Of a stretch of 64,000 nt of DNA, positions 49,689-63,158 are shown piece after piece. The stretch's first letter is position 1, and every line of letters starts with the position of its first letter. The notes below the pieces were generated by a model. The model was not told where the DNA came from. It saw nothing but the letters and a program-made list of their open reading frames with translations, and did not search any database. Source of the DNA: Phoronis australis (taxonomy: Eukaryota > Animalia > Phoronida). The position numbers and the translations under genes are program-made. The stretch is from contig NMRA01000172.1 of assembly GCA_002633005.1 (NCBI GenBank), forward strand, positions 362,348 to 426,347, in the 5' to 3' direction.

Positions 49689-52600
49689 CTACACCGTCTC
49701 TGCTACATTTGAATGTTCTGAGTGAGATTTTTTAATGAACCATATTTCACTGTGTCTGTTGATGGGTGACATTCGCTTGTTGTAACCTGCCGTGTAGAAG
49801 TAAGGCTCATAGGCATCGCTCAGACCGTCACGCTCGAGTGCCTCTTGCAACGCCTTCTTTTGGTTCGCCAAAGTCTGCCCACGCCACGTATATCCGGTAT
49901 GAGTCCTGTGCGGAGAAATCAATCAAACTTTCAAATTCAATTTCTTTCCTCACTGATTTGAGGTATAGAAAAGGCAAGTTGCTGTTTAAACAACTTATGA
50001 CTTAACACGCTAACTTGTAAGCTTAAATACGAAAATTAATATTTGTAGTGTAGTGCAATAAAACAGTATTGTCATAAATGAGACTTGGCGACCATTGACT
50101 TCTTTTGCGTCAGTATGGAAAGTAAGTCCTTAAAAGGGTACTTAATCCTGTTATGAAGATTTTCACCAATCCTCGTTCTATCACCTGCTGATAATGTTGG
50201 CGACAATCTGCCAAGTTACAAGCAGGAATCGACACTCGCACTCCCTATGACGTCACTTGGACATTGCGGGCGTTGATAGGCGGTCCTAGCGGTGTACTTC
50301 ACTAAAAATGCAGGACACCCTAGCCCATTTAACAGACTTTGAAAGGAGTTATCAAATTTGTCTACAATTTTTTGAGGATTGTTGAGGGTTACTGAGCATT
50401 ATTTTGTTTCATAGAAATGGAGAGCAAAAACCAAACTCTAGTGGGCGAAAACCGGGTTCGGTATCCATTTAAGTGGCATCAGGGGCAATTTTTTGCGGGT
50501 CAATTTCATGCGGGTCAGTTTGTCAACACTAACTAGGTAGGAGCGAGAACTGCATCGATTTCAGGCATTTGAGAGGCACCAACCAAGGCATCTTGACATC
50601 ACGAGTACCATTACTCAGTCATAACTGCCACAACACTAATGTGCAGTCGCTGTGGTTCAGCTCAAAATAAGTCCAATCCGAAGAATTTGTGTTTACACCG
50701 TGTGAGGCATCTTATGCGCCGAGTAATCTGTCGTGTCTCTAGTCATTTACAAGAGTGAAAGTTGGCTGCCCGGGGATGTCTCTATGAATTACTGGTGATC
50801 ACGCCAATGCAGCAATGATGAGGCGCGCCTTAACATGGGCGGCGCAGCACTGAAAAAAGTGGGGGGCTAAAGCCCTTTCAGACCCCCTGTGGTGCACCAC
50901 CTATAGACCATGTGCGGCGTAGCACTGACAAAAGTGGGGGGCTACTGTCCCCCAGCCCCTTATGGTGCGCCGCCCATGCTTAAAGCAAGATAATGGCCAG
51001 CATTGAAAGTGAAGGTAAGGGTGAAGAATAGACGTTGATAAAGCAGAGGTGAGATTTGAAGTAACTTAAGGTGGATAGAATGTCATGCAGCATCGAGATA
51101 AATCTAGACCTTGATGTCTTGTTCAAAAAAACAACTGTGCTTCTGATACGTATGTCGTTACCTGACGTAAACGGTCATTGGACCTATTTGATGTAGTTCC
51201 ACCTGCCTATCACTCGGCTCAGGAGCATCACTTTGCGCAACGTAGAAAAGCATCGCCTTACGGTCGTTTTGGTTCTCGTCACCAGGACGAACCTTGATGA
51301 GAACTGGCAAAGTCATGGGAATCGTCTCCCCTGCAAATAACCGCAATTCAGTGCATTTCCAGGTGCTAACTTGTGACACTAACATTTCCGCAACNTTCAT
51401 GTTAATGATCGTTCTGTAACATTCAGTTGTTCAACTACTAAACATTCTACTTCCATGAGTATCAATCAAGTAAAATCGACATGACGGCTACGTTTTCTTT
51501 TATCATGCTCAGAGTGAGGGAGGCGGAAGTAGCGAATCAATAATTCCCTCCTAAATCTGCCAATGTAATTCATTTAGTTGAAGTATATATTATTCGTTAC
51601 GTTAATGAATTGGCTACCCCTGGAACAAACAGGTTGATTATAAACTTTTAAAGGACCAGTAAAAAATTACCTCTCTCGTTGTTGCCGCTGATATAACGGA
51701 ACAAATTCCTGAAAGTCGAAGAATTGCCGCCGGTGTTGTAGTCAGAACTGATCCAGTTGGTCCGATTGTACCGCCTAATTTCATAAGCCTGAAATTAAAC
51801 TGAGTAAATAAATGCATTGGTTTCTACACAAGGAGGCTGTTTTAAGAAAAATGGCTTTAGCCAGCGGAAATTTGGTCATAATTATGCTCCCCATAACTAT
51901 TTCAGAAAAAAATGACTACAAAATACTAGGCAAAGAAGCAGCCTCTGAGAATCAACCTTGTTCATTTCAAAGATTATTGCTATAAATTATTTTTGTGAAG
52001 TCCTCATAATTACTAAGCTGGGCCATCTTTCAGCAAGTTTAACGCTCGTAAGTACCTATCCACAAGACCACCAGCCATTAAATTAATACGCAGTTGATAT
52101 CGTTTTGTGGTGCAAATGGTTTGTTATTCAAATGTCTTGAACCATGAGTGAGTGATTTACCGGCAACATTTAGAAATTCTACTACGCCATCCCCTAAAAT
52201 CGTTATGGAGCAATGTTTTCTGCAATGCCATATGTAATCTGCAAGCATTGCTAAGAGTAAGAGAGTAAAACTTTGCCCAAATATTTTGAAAAAACATGGC
52301 AATTTTAACCAATTTCATAAGATAAAAGCATTGCCAGACATCCTGCAAGATATACATTTTGGCTTATCAATATATACTAAGATGGGCCACTTTCAAATGT
52401 CTGGGATGGTTAGGGCAGCAAGTAAAAACATTTCAATTGGTCTTTGATACTTTCAATCTTTTGAAATTGCATACTTTACACCTGAGATTTTATTTTCTAA
52501 ATACTTCATAACTTGCAAACAACGAGCGAAGAAATGTGAGCATAAAATTACGGGCGCGCAACTGCTTCAGTGCTCTCTTGGCCAACAAACTTTCATATTG

Positions 52601-54055
52601 GACATAACGATTTAAGGTGTAAAATTCGAGCGAAGTTTTCGTCGCAATTACGCTTTCAACCGAACGGCTCACGATAGACAAGTATTATTAGTCAACACAA
52701 GCGCGTCATTTCTCTTTTTACTCCTGACATTAACTAATTAAATTTAACTAGTTAAATGCATTTATCGTCATTATTTTGACATTTGTCTCTTTATTTTGAT
52801 ACCAGTCCTTAGGGTTTATTTTGCTTTACTCGTCTCTATTTATAGTCTCAAGGGCCTACTTTTGTATTCATACATTTCTCTACGCGACACCTGATTGATC
52901 GCCCATATTTCCTTTGTTCAGTTCAACGTGGACTCTCTCATTCAGCCACCTACCTCGTCGCGTCTACAAGACCTACGTTCGTTCCCTGCATTTTTCCCCA
53001 CCCCCCATCCCGGGGGTCGGTTCCACTTTCTCTTTTCTCATATGCATTTCCTGTTAGGTTTTTTCAAGTTTTGTGTTCATGTTCTGTAATGTCTTTTCCT
53101 TGAAGCCCTTCAGGCGGTTATTTTTTGTTTTGTTCCCTCTTTCAGGGCTAGTCATTGTACACGCCGGTGGGCGTTTTGTCCATGCCCATCTTGCAGAGTC
53201 TCAGTTAGTTTTATCTATTTACGTCATAATAAATGACAATATTAGCAATCCTCTTGTTTTACTCTGCAACATAGCTCGTGGCGTACCCCGGGCAAAATAG
53301 ATTACGATAAATCATGTTAATTACTATCAGACGACTCCATCAAGAATACGAGTTAGCACCGAAAACTTTTTTGCTCCCTTTAGTGAAACAGCCCCAAAAT
53401 GTAGATAATTGCTAACAGTAAATTTCACCGGCAATGTGAAAGTAATGCCTGAAAAGTCAAAAGCATTCCTATCAGTGGCCACTGTGTTTTATCTTCTGAT
53501 GATGGTATTTCGACAAACTACGAAACATGTCAAGCCCGTTCAAATCCGTCATTGTTTTTATTAACATTCCTATCAGTTTACGTTCTTAAAGAAATCTTGA
53601 TTTTTGGTTTTAAAAAATCACAAATGGAAGTAGTGCTCGATTTGCATGCGATCCCTGCGTCGCCCTGCTAGTCCGTTTAAAAAGCGAATATCGGCCTAAC
53701 GCTATTCCTTACTGTAACATTATTTGATTTCGGTTACTAACGAGTACACGTTTATCTTATAAAATTTTACGCATGTGGGGCCTATGCTCGACTGCGACAA
53801 CCTACGACAACTCGACTGCGACAACCTACGACAACTACGCTGTGGAGTATGGACTGCTCGATGTTATTATTAACTCACCCCTTTGTCGGCCAGCTTCTCA
53901 TAACCAGGGCACTTTAAACCCCTGCAGAATGTAGGGTGAACTTGGAATCCCACGATGTTGTTCACAACGTTTCCTTGTGTGTGCCATCGCTTGTTTGGAA
54001 ACGCCAAAGAGACGTCAACCACAACCAGAACCGCTATCGGTAAGAGCAGCTTCAT
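49689..54055 (-). CDS. secreted SOUL/heme-binding protein family member (HEBP2-like), 4 exons, 226 aa
   Basis: Exons 53879-54055, 51671-51788, 51162-51330, 49689-49905, GT-AG and phase-consistent. SOUL motifs CPGY, YEIRRY, F.NLFRYISGNN, IPMTLPV, VYVR, AGYN..M...NRHSEIW; signal peptide; AATAAA at 49668-49673. Confidence 0.9.
50130..50472. mobile_element. possible TTAA-flanked non-autonomous element in SOUL intron 3
   Basis: Imperfect TIR TTAAAAGGGTACTTAATCCTG / CGGGTTCGGTATCCATTTAA. Confidence 0.35.
50834..50978. mobile_element. dimeric MITE with 5-bp TSD
   Basis: TIR CATGGGCGGCGCA...TGCGCCGCCCATG; TSD CTTAA at 50829-50833 and 50979-50983; two tandem ~70-bp units. Confidence 0.8.
53787..53836. 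repeat. 24-bp tandem duplication
   Basis: CTCGACTGCGACAACCTACGACAA x2. Confidence 0.9.
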
Positions 54056-54680
54056 TTTGATACTTGAAAAGAAAAAAACGACGGTAATGCTTGATCAGCG
54101 ACTTGCAAGGAGAAATTTTACATACAGTTGACATATACGCAAACGCTCACGTACAAGCCAACACGCATTTTAACACCGGATTTACACTGCCTCTCATTCA
54201 GAGCAAATAACGAGCGCCAATTGAGGACCATATAAAGAATTTTCTTATTCACAATTTCCAATAAATACATTGCCACAGTTAGACGTTTCTAAGATGTTCC
54301 ATTGAAGGTCCAATATTTCTGAGTCTTTGACTAAATAAGAGAATAAATAACTTATAATCAAATTTGTGTAATTTACCAAAGAAAACATCTGTTAGCGAGA
54401 GAAGGAGTTATAGAAAATAACCATTTCCTTAAATCAGACCACAGAATTTTCCTCAATAGAATCCCACAAGTAATGAGTCATATTTTCGGGCACTTTTATA
54501 CAAATTGAGCACAAATATTTCTGTTGAGTACCATTTTTGACAAGAAACTCGCTCGACGCAACAATTTGATTAAGAAAACTTATTTATAACCATTTAAGTC
54601 GAATCATTGATATAATTAGAGCAAATTTTATAAACCTGGCTCATTGTACGTCATTTATCATTTGAAGCACCAAAATTTAT

Positions 54681-54743
54681 GCCAATATGGCGCCACACTG
54701 CCAATATGGCGACACACTGCCAATATGGCGACACTTCCAATAT
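54681..54743. repeat. 19-bp tandem repeat x3
   Basis: GCCAATATGGCG(C/A)CACACT x3. Confidence 0.9.
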
Positions 54744-56760
54744 TGAAAGATCTGCTGAAGGCATGATCTCGTTGAATAGATATCAGTGAATCAATTTGCC
54801 TGAATTTAGCAAGCAAAATGTTTCATTGCATGACTCTATGCAGCACATTTTAAAATGAAGGAATACTCTTTGGTAGGAAACAAAAAAAATTGAAAAACGA
54901 ATGCCACGTTCTTTCAAAAAACAACGAAAACCACATTTACTAGTGTCGCTATCGAATAGACAAGTTCACGCGTCAATAGTTGCCACATGCTAAGCAATTT
55001 GTGACCAAATCAAGCATCATCTTGCAGTAGGCCTAGTGCCTAACTACTCTGCAAACAGAGCGGTACAATAAAAAGCGATAGTTCTACAAAAAAGGTACGT
55101 AGTCTTAAACCAAAACAAAAACCCAATAGTCAGCGAGTATAAGTTTTAGTAACTCTTCAAAACGTAAATATATAGATGTCGTTGACAAACAAGACCAAAG
55201 TTGCCCTTCCTTCAAAACTCAGCAACATTCTCAGTTGATTCGAAAGAATAGAATAATAACTTACTATTTCAGCAGTCAAGGATCAGCAACTAACTCGCAC
55301 AAAGGAAGCTGTCTTTTATAGTAACCGTTCTGGCGCATCACGTGATTCCGAAGTCCAGATTTTACATAAGCAGAGCTACAAGTGAGGCACAGGCCACACG
55401 GCAGAAGGCTCAAATTCCACGGCGTAATTCTTTTTTTCAGTGCCTGATTTACCCAAACGCACCCCATTTGTTTTATAAGTTTAGTTGGAAAGTAAACGAT
55501 GTTCCTAGAATTATGTTACGGTAATCTCATTTTACTCGTTTCGTAACTCTCTTATGTAAGTCAAAACCAAGGGTCAAAATATTGTGGTATTAGGCCTAGT
55601 TATCTCGCAATCTGTGTTTTAGCGATTTCTGACATAAACAAAATAAGTAACGTTCGGTCTTGTTCCCAATTCCCATAGTATTTCTTTGAAGCTCGTTACC
55701 TGCAGGAGTTGTTTGTAGGAAAGTCGCATATATCTAACATACTGTCAGATGTTCGATTTTTATGACCCTGTGCGCCGGCAGAGTACAGTACGGATTCAGG
55801 TACATTGTACATGTAGGCCTACTGACAATCATAATAAACAAAGTTTTCGATTTTTAGCTCACGTTTAACACACAAACCGTAAAGCTACCAAAACACTCGT
55901 GAACCCGAATAAAGTCGGAAATTTCTTGGAGTGATTAACCCAAATCCTCAGTGTCTGGACCATGTCCCGTCTCCCTCCCACTGGCGGCAGAATGGTGAAT
56001 GTTGACCAAGACCTTTTTGTCTATCTGACGTCACACGCATGTTGGCGACCTCCTTTGTTTCCATCATCGATTGTTTTTTCAAGACTTTTGGTAAGACGTA
56101 TTTTGTAGAACGGGGACTTTGGAGGTCGCATAGAATGGTGCTGCCGCAACTGGTAAGCCGATAAGTATTCTGGCTTCCATTTTAACAGAGAGACTAATTA
56201 ATTAAAATTAGTGATATTGAAATGTTGTGCATACGATAATAAAAGTTATGAAAGACCAGAAAGCATGATGTTTCTCACACACTGTCCTCTTTTCAACTCG
56301 TCTCTGTCAGTAACCGTAGAGCCTACTGAGTCAACGGTATCAAAAGTCTCAGCCATGCAGCGGTTTGAAACGTCGATACCGACTTGTGACTGATCTCATA
56401 CTACAACAGGACCGGAAGTGTGATTGAATAGTCTAATTGATAACTGATAGTCTATGAAGACATACCACACGAGTGTCGACATCGAGCCCCAGTGTAGACG
56501 ACCTCAACTATATTGCTTGCCTTGTTTCAAAGCCCAAGCATTGTACATGTACGTGCGAGTAGCAATGAGACGTCCTCTCAAACGTTACAACCAGGCAAGT
56601 GGTTATTCCTGGAAAATCCGATACCGGCGTGTATTGTCTTACTCGTGTGACGAGACACGAGTTTGTCTTCTTTTTTTCACCTTTAATGAGCTCTACTGAA
56701 AACTTGAAACTTGACTTCCTATGAAACACAGCAATGCAAACCTTACGTACAGGCAGTCTT

Positions 56761-56918
56761 TTAAGTTACGTTTCGCCTTGTTTAACTGGCTAAAACGAAA
56801 ATTGAATCCAATTTCATAACTTTCTTTCGCACTATGATAGAATTCTATAGATAAGAGTAAAAGGCTTAATTCGATTTCCGCTTTTAGTCAGCTAAACTGG
56901 GTGAAATACATCTTTGAA
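56761..56918. mobile_element. short hairpin-type MITE
   Basis: ~48-bp imperfect inverted arms (TTTCGCCTTGTTTAACTGGCTAAAA vs TTTTAGTCAGCTAAACTGGGTGAAA). Confidence 0.5.
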
Positions 56919-57613
56919 ATAAAAGTACAAGCAGCCGTTACAATGACTGAAATTGTTGCGAACACATAAGAAATATCAAACAAGGAGTCAGTCCTCCTTC
57001 CGGTTGTGCCCGCTCTTCCAAAATTTTTGCTCGGCTAGTCCATTATCGTTAAAATGTGTACAGATTAATGTGTAACAAAACAACTTTTTAAAGATACGAT
57101 TTCCAAATGACACCTTTCCATCGTGGCATCATTTTTGTCAAAACAAACAGCTTATGCAGTTTTCCGTAATACTAGGCTACACATTAAATCATCAAAAGAA
57201 ATGGTGTTCTCAGTCTGCTATTGGCCAAATTTGATACACAAAATCTTCGTTTTTTAGTTTTAGAAAAAATGTGCTACCTATACCACAATATTTCTTTTAA
57301 TGAGTAGAAAAATAATATTTAGTCATACAAGAAAAAAAGAAAATTCATTTTTTTCTTGAAAATCAGCTTTTGTCAATCAAACTGTTGTGGACATGACAAA
57401 AGTTAGCTGTAATTGTAATTAGATTTACCAATTAATGACTGGTCCTCACAAATTCGTACCGCATTTGATACACAACTATGCTAAATATGTTGCCTATGTG
57501 TTAGTTGGAAAATTTTTTATAATGTTGTTATTATTCAAAAAAGTTGTCACGTCCGCGACGCAAAACTGCAGTTTTCAAAGTAAAATGGATGTAAATTCAC
57601 AATACTATCAGCG

Positions 57614-57718
57614 ATGTATTACATTCACTCGCATACATTAAAGTCAACGTATTACATTCACTCGAATACATTAAAGTCAACGTATTACATTCACTCGAAT
57701 ACATTAAATTCAATGTAT
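57614..57718. repeat. 33-bp tandem repeat x3
   Basis: A(C/T)GTATTACATTCACTCG(A/C)ATACATTAAA(G/T)TCA x3. Confidence 0.9.
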
Positions 57719-58629
57719 CTTCAACTCAAACAAATATTTTTTGTTTGCGCCTTTAGTTTCAAAATTTCAGGTCCATGGCACATGTACTGTAAAATACCCC
57801 ATTTACAGGGCGAGCGACGTTTAAATTGTTCGATGGTAATAAGACGATAGATGTATACTCAGGAAGATGGCTATAACGCGGCAGTAATGCTTTGCGTATG
57901 CATAGTCCATTCGCGTTGAATCTATAGAGGGAAATACGGCCATGTAATAAAGTTTTCCGTATTCACCTCCCGCACTACTTCAACAGTGATCTCTGACAGG
58001 GAAAGTTCAAAAGGTAGGTCAAAGTCGGCTCGACGTCTTCAGCCGGTTCGATCATCAAACTTTCCGAATATAGTTTAAAGTAATACAGTTATAGCAGTGT
58101 AAATAACGCTCAACATACAACCAGGTCGCAACCGTAACGTCTGGAACAGGACTGTTAATTATACAACAGTTCTGCTTCAGTTTTCAATTGCCGAATACTA
58201 TATCGTCTGCAACTGAGGCGCCGATTCCTAGGAAATCACAATATCAAATATTGTTGTTATTTAACTATACAGGAGATGTTACAAGTTCACTGCACAGTTG
58301 CCGTTGTTTTCATCTTTGTTACCTATTTTCAAGAAATAAATCGTTACTTTTAAAACTGTTTCTTTCACAAGAGAAAACTTGCAACCTAACGCGCAAGTAC
58401 ATACATGTAGGATGTGATCCGTCATGTGAACAGCCTGAGTGAAGTATTTAAAAAACTGCCAAAAATGACAGAAACTTACGAATTCGAAGATCACGGGATA
58501 AATACAAAACGTACCTCGATTGGCGTACATGAAGTATTATCCCACTCGACCTTATTCCGCGTATCGATACGCGGAATAATGTCTCGTGGGATATTACTTC
58601 ATGTACGCCATTCTCGGTACGTTTTGTTT

Positions 58630-58915
58630 ATATACATCGGACGATGGATTTATAAAAAGGATGACGGATATCATTGTATGCATAGGACGACAGATCTAAA
58701 CAAGAAGTGTACGATAGAATGATGAATGTATACATAGGATGATGGAGGTGTACATGGGACGATAAGTTTAGAAATAAAGGGCATAAACAGGACGGTGGAG
58801 TTAAATAAGACGATGGGTGTGGAATCTAGAAGATGGGTGTATAAATAGAACAATGGTTGTGGAAAAGGTGATGGATGCATAAATCAGACGATAGATTTAT
58901 TACTCGAATGATAGA
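58630..58915. repeat. degenerate purine-rich minisatellite (~20-bp unit ATAGGACGATGG..)
   Basis: Recurrent AGGACGA/AGACGATGG cores at roughly 20-bp spacing. Confidence 0.6.
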
Positions 58916-60774
58916 CTCGTGCATCGTGTTATACCTACGCACAAGAACAGACATACCACTGACTTAAAAGTTTTTGTTTTATTCTAATAACAGTACTTCA
59001 TTATTTCACATCATTATAACAAGAAAAAAATCATTTTCTTCTGTTCCATGGAGAGTACATACACGCCATTGGAGCAGTAATTAACACTGGAAAATGTATT
59101 CCCAAGATAACCACTGAGGAACCTATATTTTTACTAAACATAGCATAAAACTTTCCCTTACACAAACGACCCAATTTCGAAACATAGAAATCGAGTCAAA
59201 TTCAAAATTAAATAAGACGTTAGTGCAAAATGAAGGACATGTAACTCTACCCGATTGCAAATACAATCCATTCGTTCTTGTTTGGCCGTTATATGCACGT
59301 ACATGCAAAATAATGCATTTTTCAAAAATAATGTGTCCTCAAGTTTCTTGAATATCTCACATGCGTCTTATTGGCACCGGTGCGTGCTTCTTGTTCAGAC
59401 GCATATCTTAAACTGGGTGTTTTGTGTTTTTCTCAGTCCATTGTACATCTTATTTAATCACTCAATCGTAAATTAAGAACACTTCATTTTCAGTTGATAT
59501 CCTCTTTCCCTGACACGCTGCGTACAGGCACGTGCGCCCCGACGAAGACGTGACGACTTCCGGTGCAGGTGGACGGGATTAATTACGGGTGAATTAACTT
59601 GTCTTTCAATGCAATACCTAATCGATGTAAAATATTTCAGAGGATTCCTTACTTCAACACTGATTCTTTGAGATCGGTGACGTCAGTAACGTTATTCCAT
59701 ACTGACCACAACTGGCGTATGGATGAACTAAACACCCAGTTTGACCTCAGCACCCTTGGCCCAAAAACCAAACTTTTGTTATCAATACATGACAGCGTTT
59801 TCCCGCTCAGACGTAAGGGGTTCTGAGCCTGTGATAACATCTAGCTTCTTTGTTAACTGCCAAGCACACTCTTCTGTCTATTTTAACAACAAGAGGCCAC
59901 TTATCTACCAGGCTTATTACAGACCACGTGTGAACACAGTCAAACTCAGAGTGTATTCGGAAAGAATGGATTGTCTTAACTTTGTTTGCAGTTGGGCGAT
60001 TTTTGCGATTCAAAAACTAAACATGACAACCAATTGACGAAGATTTCAGAAATGCTATTGGTTAATGTTTAAATATGTTATAACTTAACTTTTATTTTTA
60101 ACAGCACAGCCCAGTCAGGTTAGATACGATCTTATTGGAGATTAGAGCAATTATCGAACAAAAGAGAGCTGGCCCTCCCACAATAAATTCCAGAAAGGAG
60201 TTAATTGGTCAAGTAAGATATTGGCTACAGGGGTAAACTTCCCAACTTGTTGTTGGGCTATAGAACTGAACAAGTTGGGAGCAATGGGAAAGCGCCGTAA
60301 TGCTTTTTTCACTATTAATTTTTCAAACTTACGAAAATTATAGGTACATAAAAACGTACTAAACTTTCGTTTCCCTTCAGCAAAACTGTTTTATTTTGAT
60401 GGACAGCGCTCAAAAATGTAAACAACTAGCTATTTAAAAATAAATTTAATAGTATTATACATCTTGTTAGCACTTTTAGCAACAATTCTTTGTCTTGAAA
60501 TCCTATGACCTTCCTCCATTGACATTAACGACATATTAAAACTACATGGCAAGAGTGAAACGTTTACCAACCATCCCAACAAGCCACCAATTGACTTTCT
60601 GTGTTTAATTGTTACCAGAACAAGTTGATCACAATACGATATAACTAAACACATGCGGCATTAAAGTCTTCAATATCAGCACTTATTCGTGAGGAAATCA
60701 GACAGTGAGCACAACTGGAGACGATCAATCACGTCCACTTTACGCAGCGGCAGCAAGTGTAAGAAGGTTAAGTG

Positions 60775-62371
60775 CTACCTCTTGCCATGGACACCAGGCC
60801 TAGAGTCTATGAGTTTCTGCTGTTGCTTAATCTCGCCCTCTAATTGTTCAAGTTCTTTCCGTAGCTTTTCGTTCATATCTTGTATTTCTTCGTAAGGAGC
60901 GTTCTCTTTTGACGCGTTCCTGGGCGCTACTGGCGGGGCTGCCACGGACTCTCCCGGGCTTCTTTTAGCTGTAAATTGAAAAAAAACCACCATACAAGCT
61001 ATACGAATTTTGAAAGTAGTCTTGATAAAACTGGACCAATGGTGTTTGAGAGTTGACGTTTCCTGTGAGACGGGCGCGAGCATCATAACATGTTTTACGC
61101 AAAACAAACAACATCGCCATCTATTAGCAATAGCGACACCAATTCTTTAACGTTATTCTCTTCGAAATATTGACCCTTGTGCTGGCATAAAAAGTTGAGT
61201 TAGTGTTTACGCACGTTTGCTCTGCAGGCATTTTGGAAGCCAGCACCTTAAGCAAAAAAGGCAATATTTATCTTGATGAATAATTTCACTCACCTTGTAA
61301 TTTAGCATAGCCCAGCTTTGGTGCAGAAGATTCTAGTTGCCTTGGAGTAGTTTTTTTCGGCGCCGGTTGTGCTTCTCCTCGGCCATTATTTTGATTAAGT
61401 GTCAGCCTTTGGGCCTCTCTGGGAGTATCATTCACGTTTATCTGTTCCTGGGATTTCTGAACGCGATTTTTGTATCCAAGTTGCCTTGGTGAGCTATGTT
61501 CGACTTTGTCTTGAGACGACGGCAATGGTGGACCTCGTGTATTGTTATAACTGTTTAATTGCTGGTTAGTTACGCCGCTATCTCGTTTGGGAGGCCAAGT
61601 GCTTCCTTGCGGTGCCGGCGGGTGCAGAGATCCACCATTAATCGTCGATTGATAGTTGCGTGGACTACTGCCCGAATGTTCATGCGGTGGTAGATACGCT
61701 CCTGGGAAGCTGTAAAATAAGGAATATAAAGGCGTGAATAAAAGCTGTTACACATTAGTATATATTTTTCTCAAGTCCCTTCTACAATCGGCTGAAGAGC
61801 AAGAGAGATCACAGATGGCAGAATTCTTACGAAGCGTGATTAGAGCGCGAACAAAAAATTGCGGTCTACGTGCTGATGTTGATTCTCATTGACACATTAC
61901 AAGAATACTCATTTTTAAATGGTAACATTTGAGACACGAATACGAAATAGTCCACGTGTGAAATTAATCTTGTAAGCAGCATATGTGAAACAACTTTTTG
62001 AGAAAATGATCTGTAAAATTGAATATCTATCTCTCGATACGGTTGCACTCAATTTTGTTACCATGTATAACTTCAAAGTTTTGATTATATCTGTCTGTTC
62101 ACCAATATTGCCGCAAGCGCCATTTTGTCACACGTCAGTGGAGACAAAAACATAAGGCTATCTATTGTGAAGTCTTCTTAGTACCCATTTTGACATGTGC
62201 ATACCTGTGGCTGGGACTTAACCTTTGGCCCGAGTACCTGCTCGGCACGTTTTGATTTCCCGCTTGTGTCGAACTCCCTTGGCTCTGATAGACACGCGGC
62301 CTTTGGGCTTGCTGCATGTTCTGTTGATAAGCAGCTGACCTCATGAGGTCAACAGGGGGCAGGTCATTCGA
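60775..62371 (-). CDS. 3' exons of an unidentified gene: Pro/Ser/Gln-rich region followed by a short coiled coil
   Basis: Phase-consistent GT-AG exons 62205-62371, 61294-61709 and 60775/60779-60968 (..YEEIQDMNEKLRKELEQLEGEIKQQQKL..); upstream exons not identified and the terminal exon is uncertain. Confidence 0.65.
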
Positions 62372-63158
62372 CTGAAAGAAGCATCCCTATTAATATGAAT
62401 TCATGTGGTTTCTAGGAGGCAGACATAGAACCTATTCACGCGGCGGACATTAAAATCCAAAGCGAGGCTCACTGCGATAAACAAAGCGAAAGCAGACATT
62501 GCGTGAGTTAAATAGCCGGTCTTTCGAGTCCAACCTGGATGTTGAATTTTAATGATGTGTCGACAATTAACTACAGAGACGTAGAAAATTACATTAGAGA
62601 ACAAGTTAAGGCGCTTAAGAGTTGTCTGACGAAAAGATTTAAATTTTTTCGGAAAACTAGGTTCGAAACATGAAAAGTAAACATGACCAAATTGCGGCGA
62701 TCGTAGTGTTACAGATTAGGTATTATGCTGAATGCAGGGTTACGTTTTTTCTCGTAAATTGTTGATCAAAATACTTTCTACGCGGACAGGTCATCTGCTG
62801 GTATTGTTGAAGAGTTGAAGACATATTCGACAGTGGTGGATTAGTCACATCTGGTTAAATTTGTTGATCAAGAATATTATATATAGCCTAATCATATGCA
62901 CTCACTGGGACTAACAGTTGATTTGTCATTGATCTGAAAGAATAATTGATGTTATTAAATATATTTTTTATTAAAATAAAAAACCAGGATCGTAATTGAA
63001 AATAAAAGTTATTTGACCATCAATTTTGCTTTCTTGGTTGTATGTCAGTGTAAAATTTATAAATGTTTTCGAAAAGTTAGATCATATTTTGTAGCATATC
63101 GGTCAGTTGTCAAGCATCATAGTAACGACCGGAGAATGGGCTAGACAGGTTGTGTTTT

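Noticed and set aside
57614-57718. CRISPR-like 33-bp repeats (also 54681-54743)
   Set aside because: Contiguous tandem units without unique spacers; eukaryotic context, no cas genes
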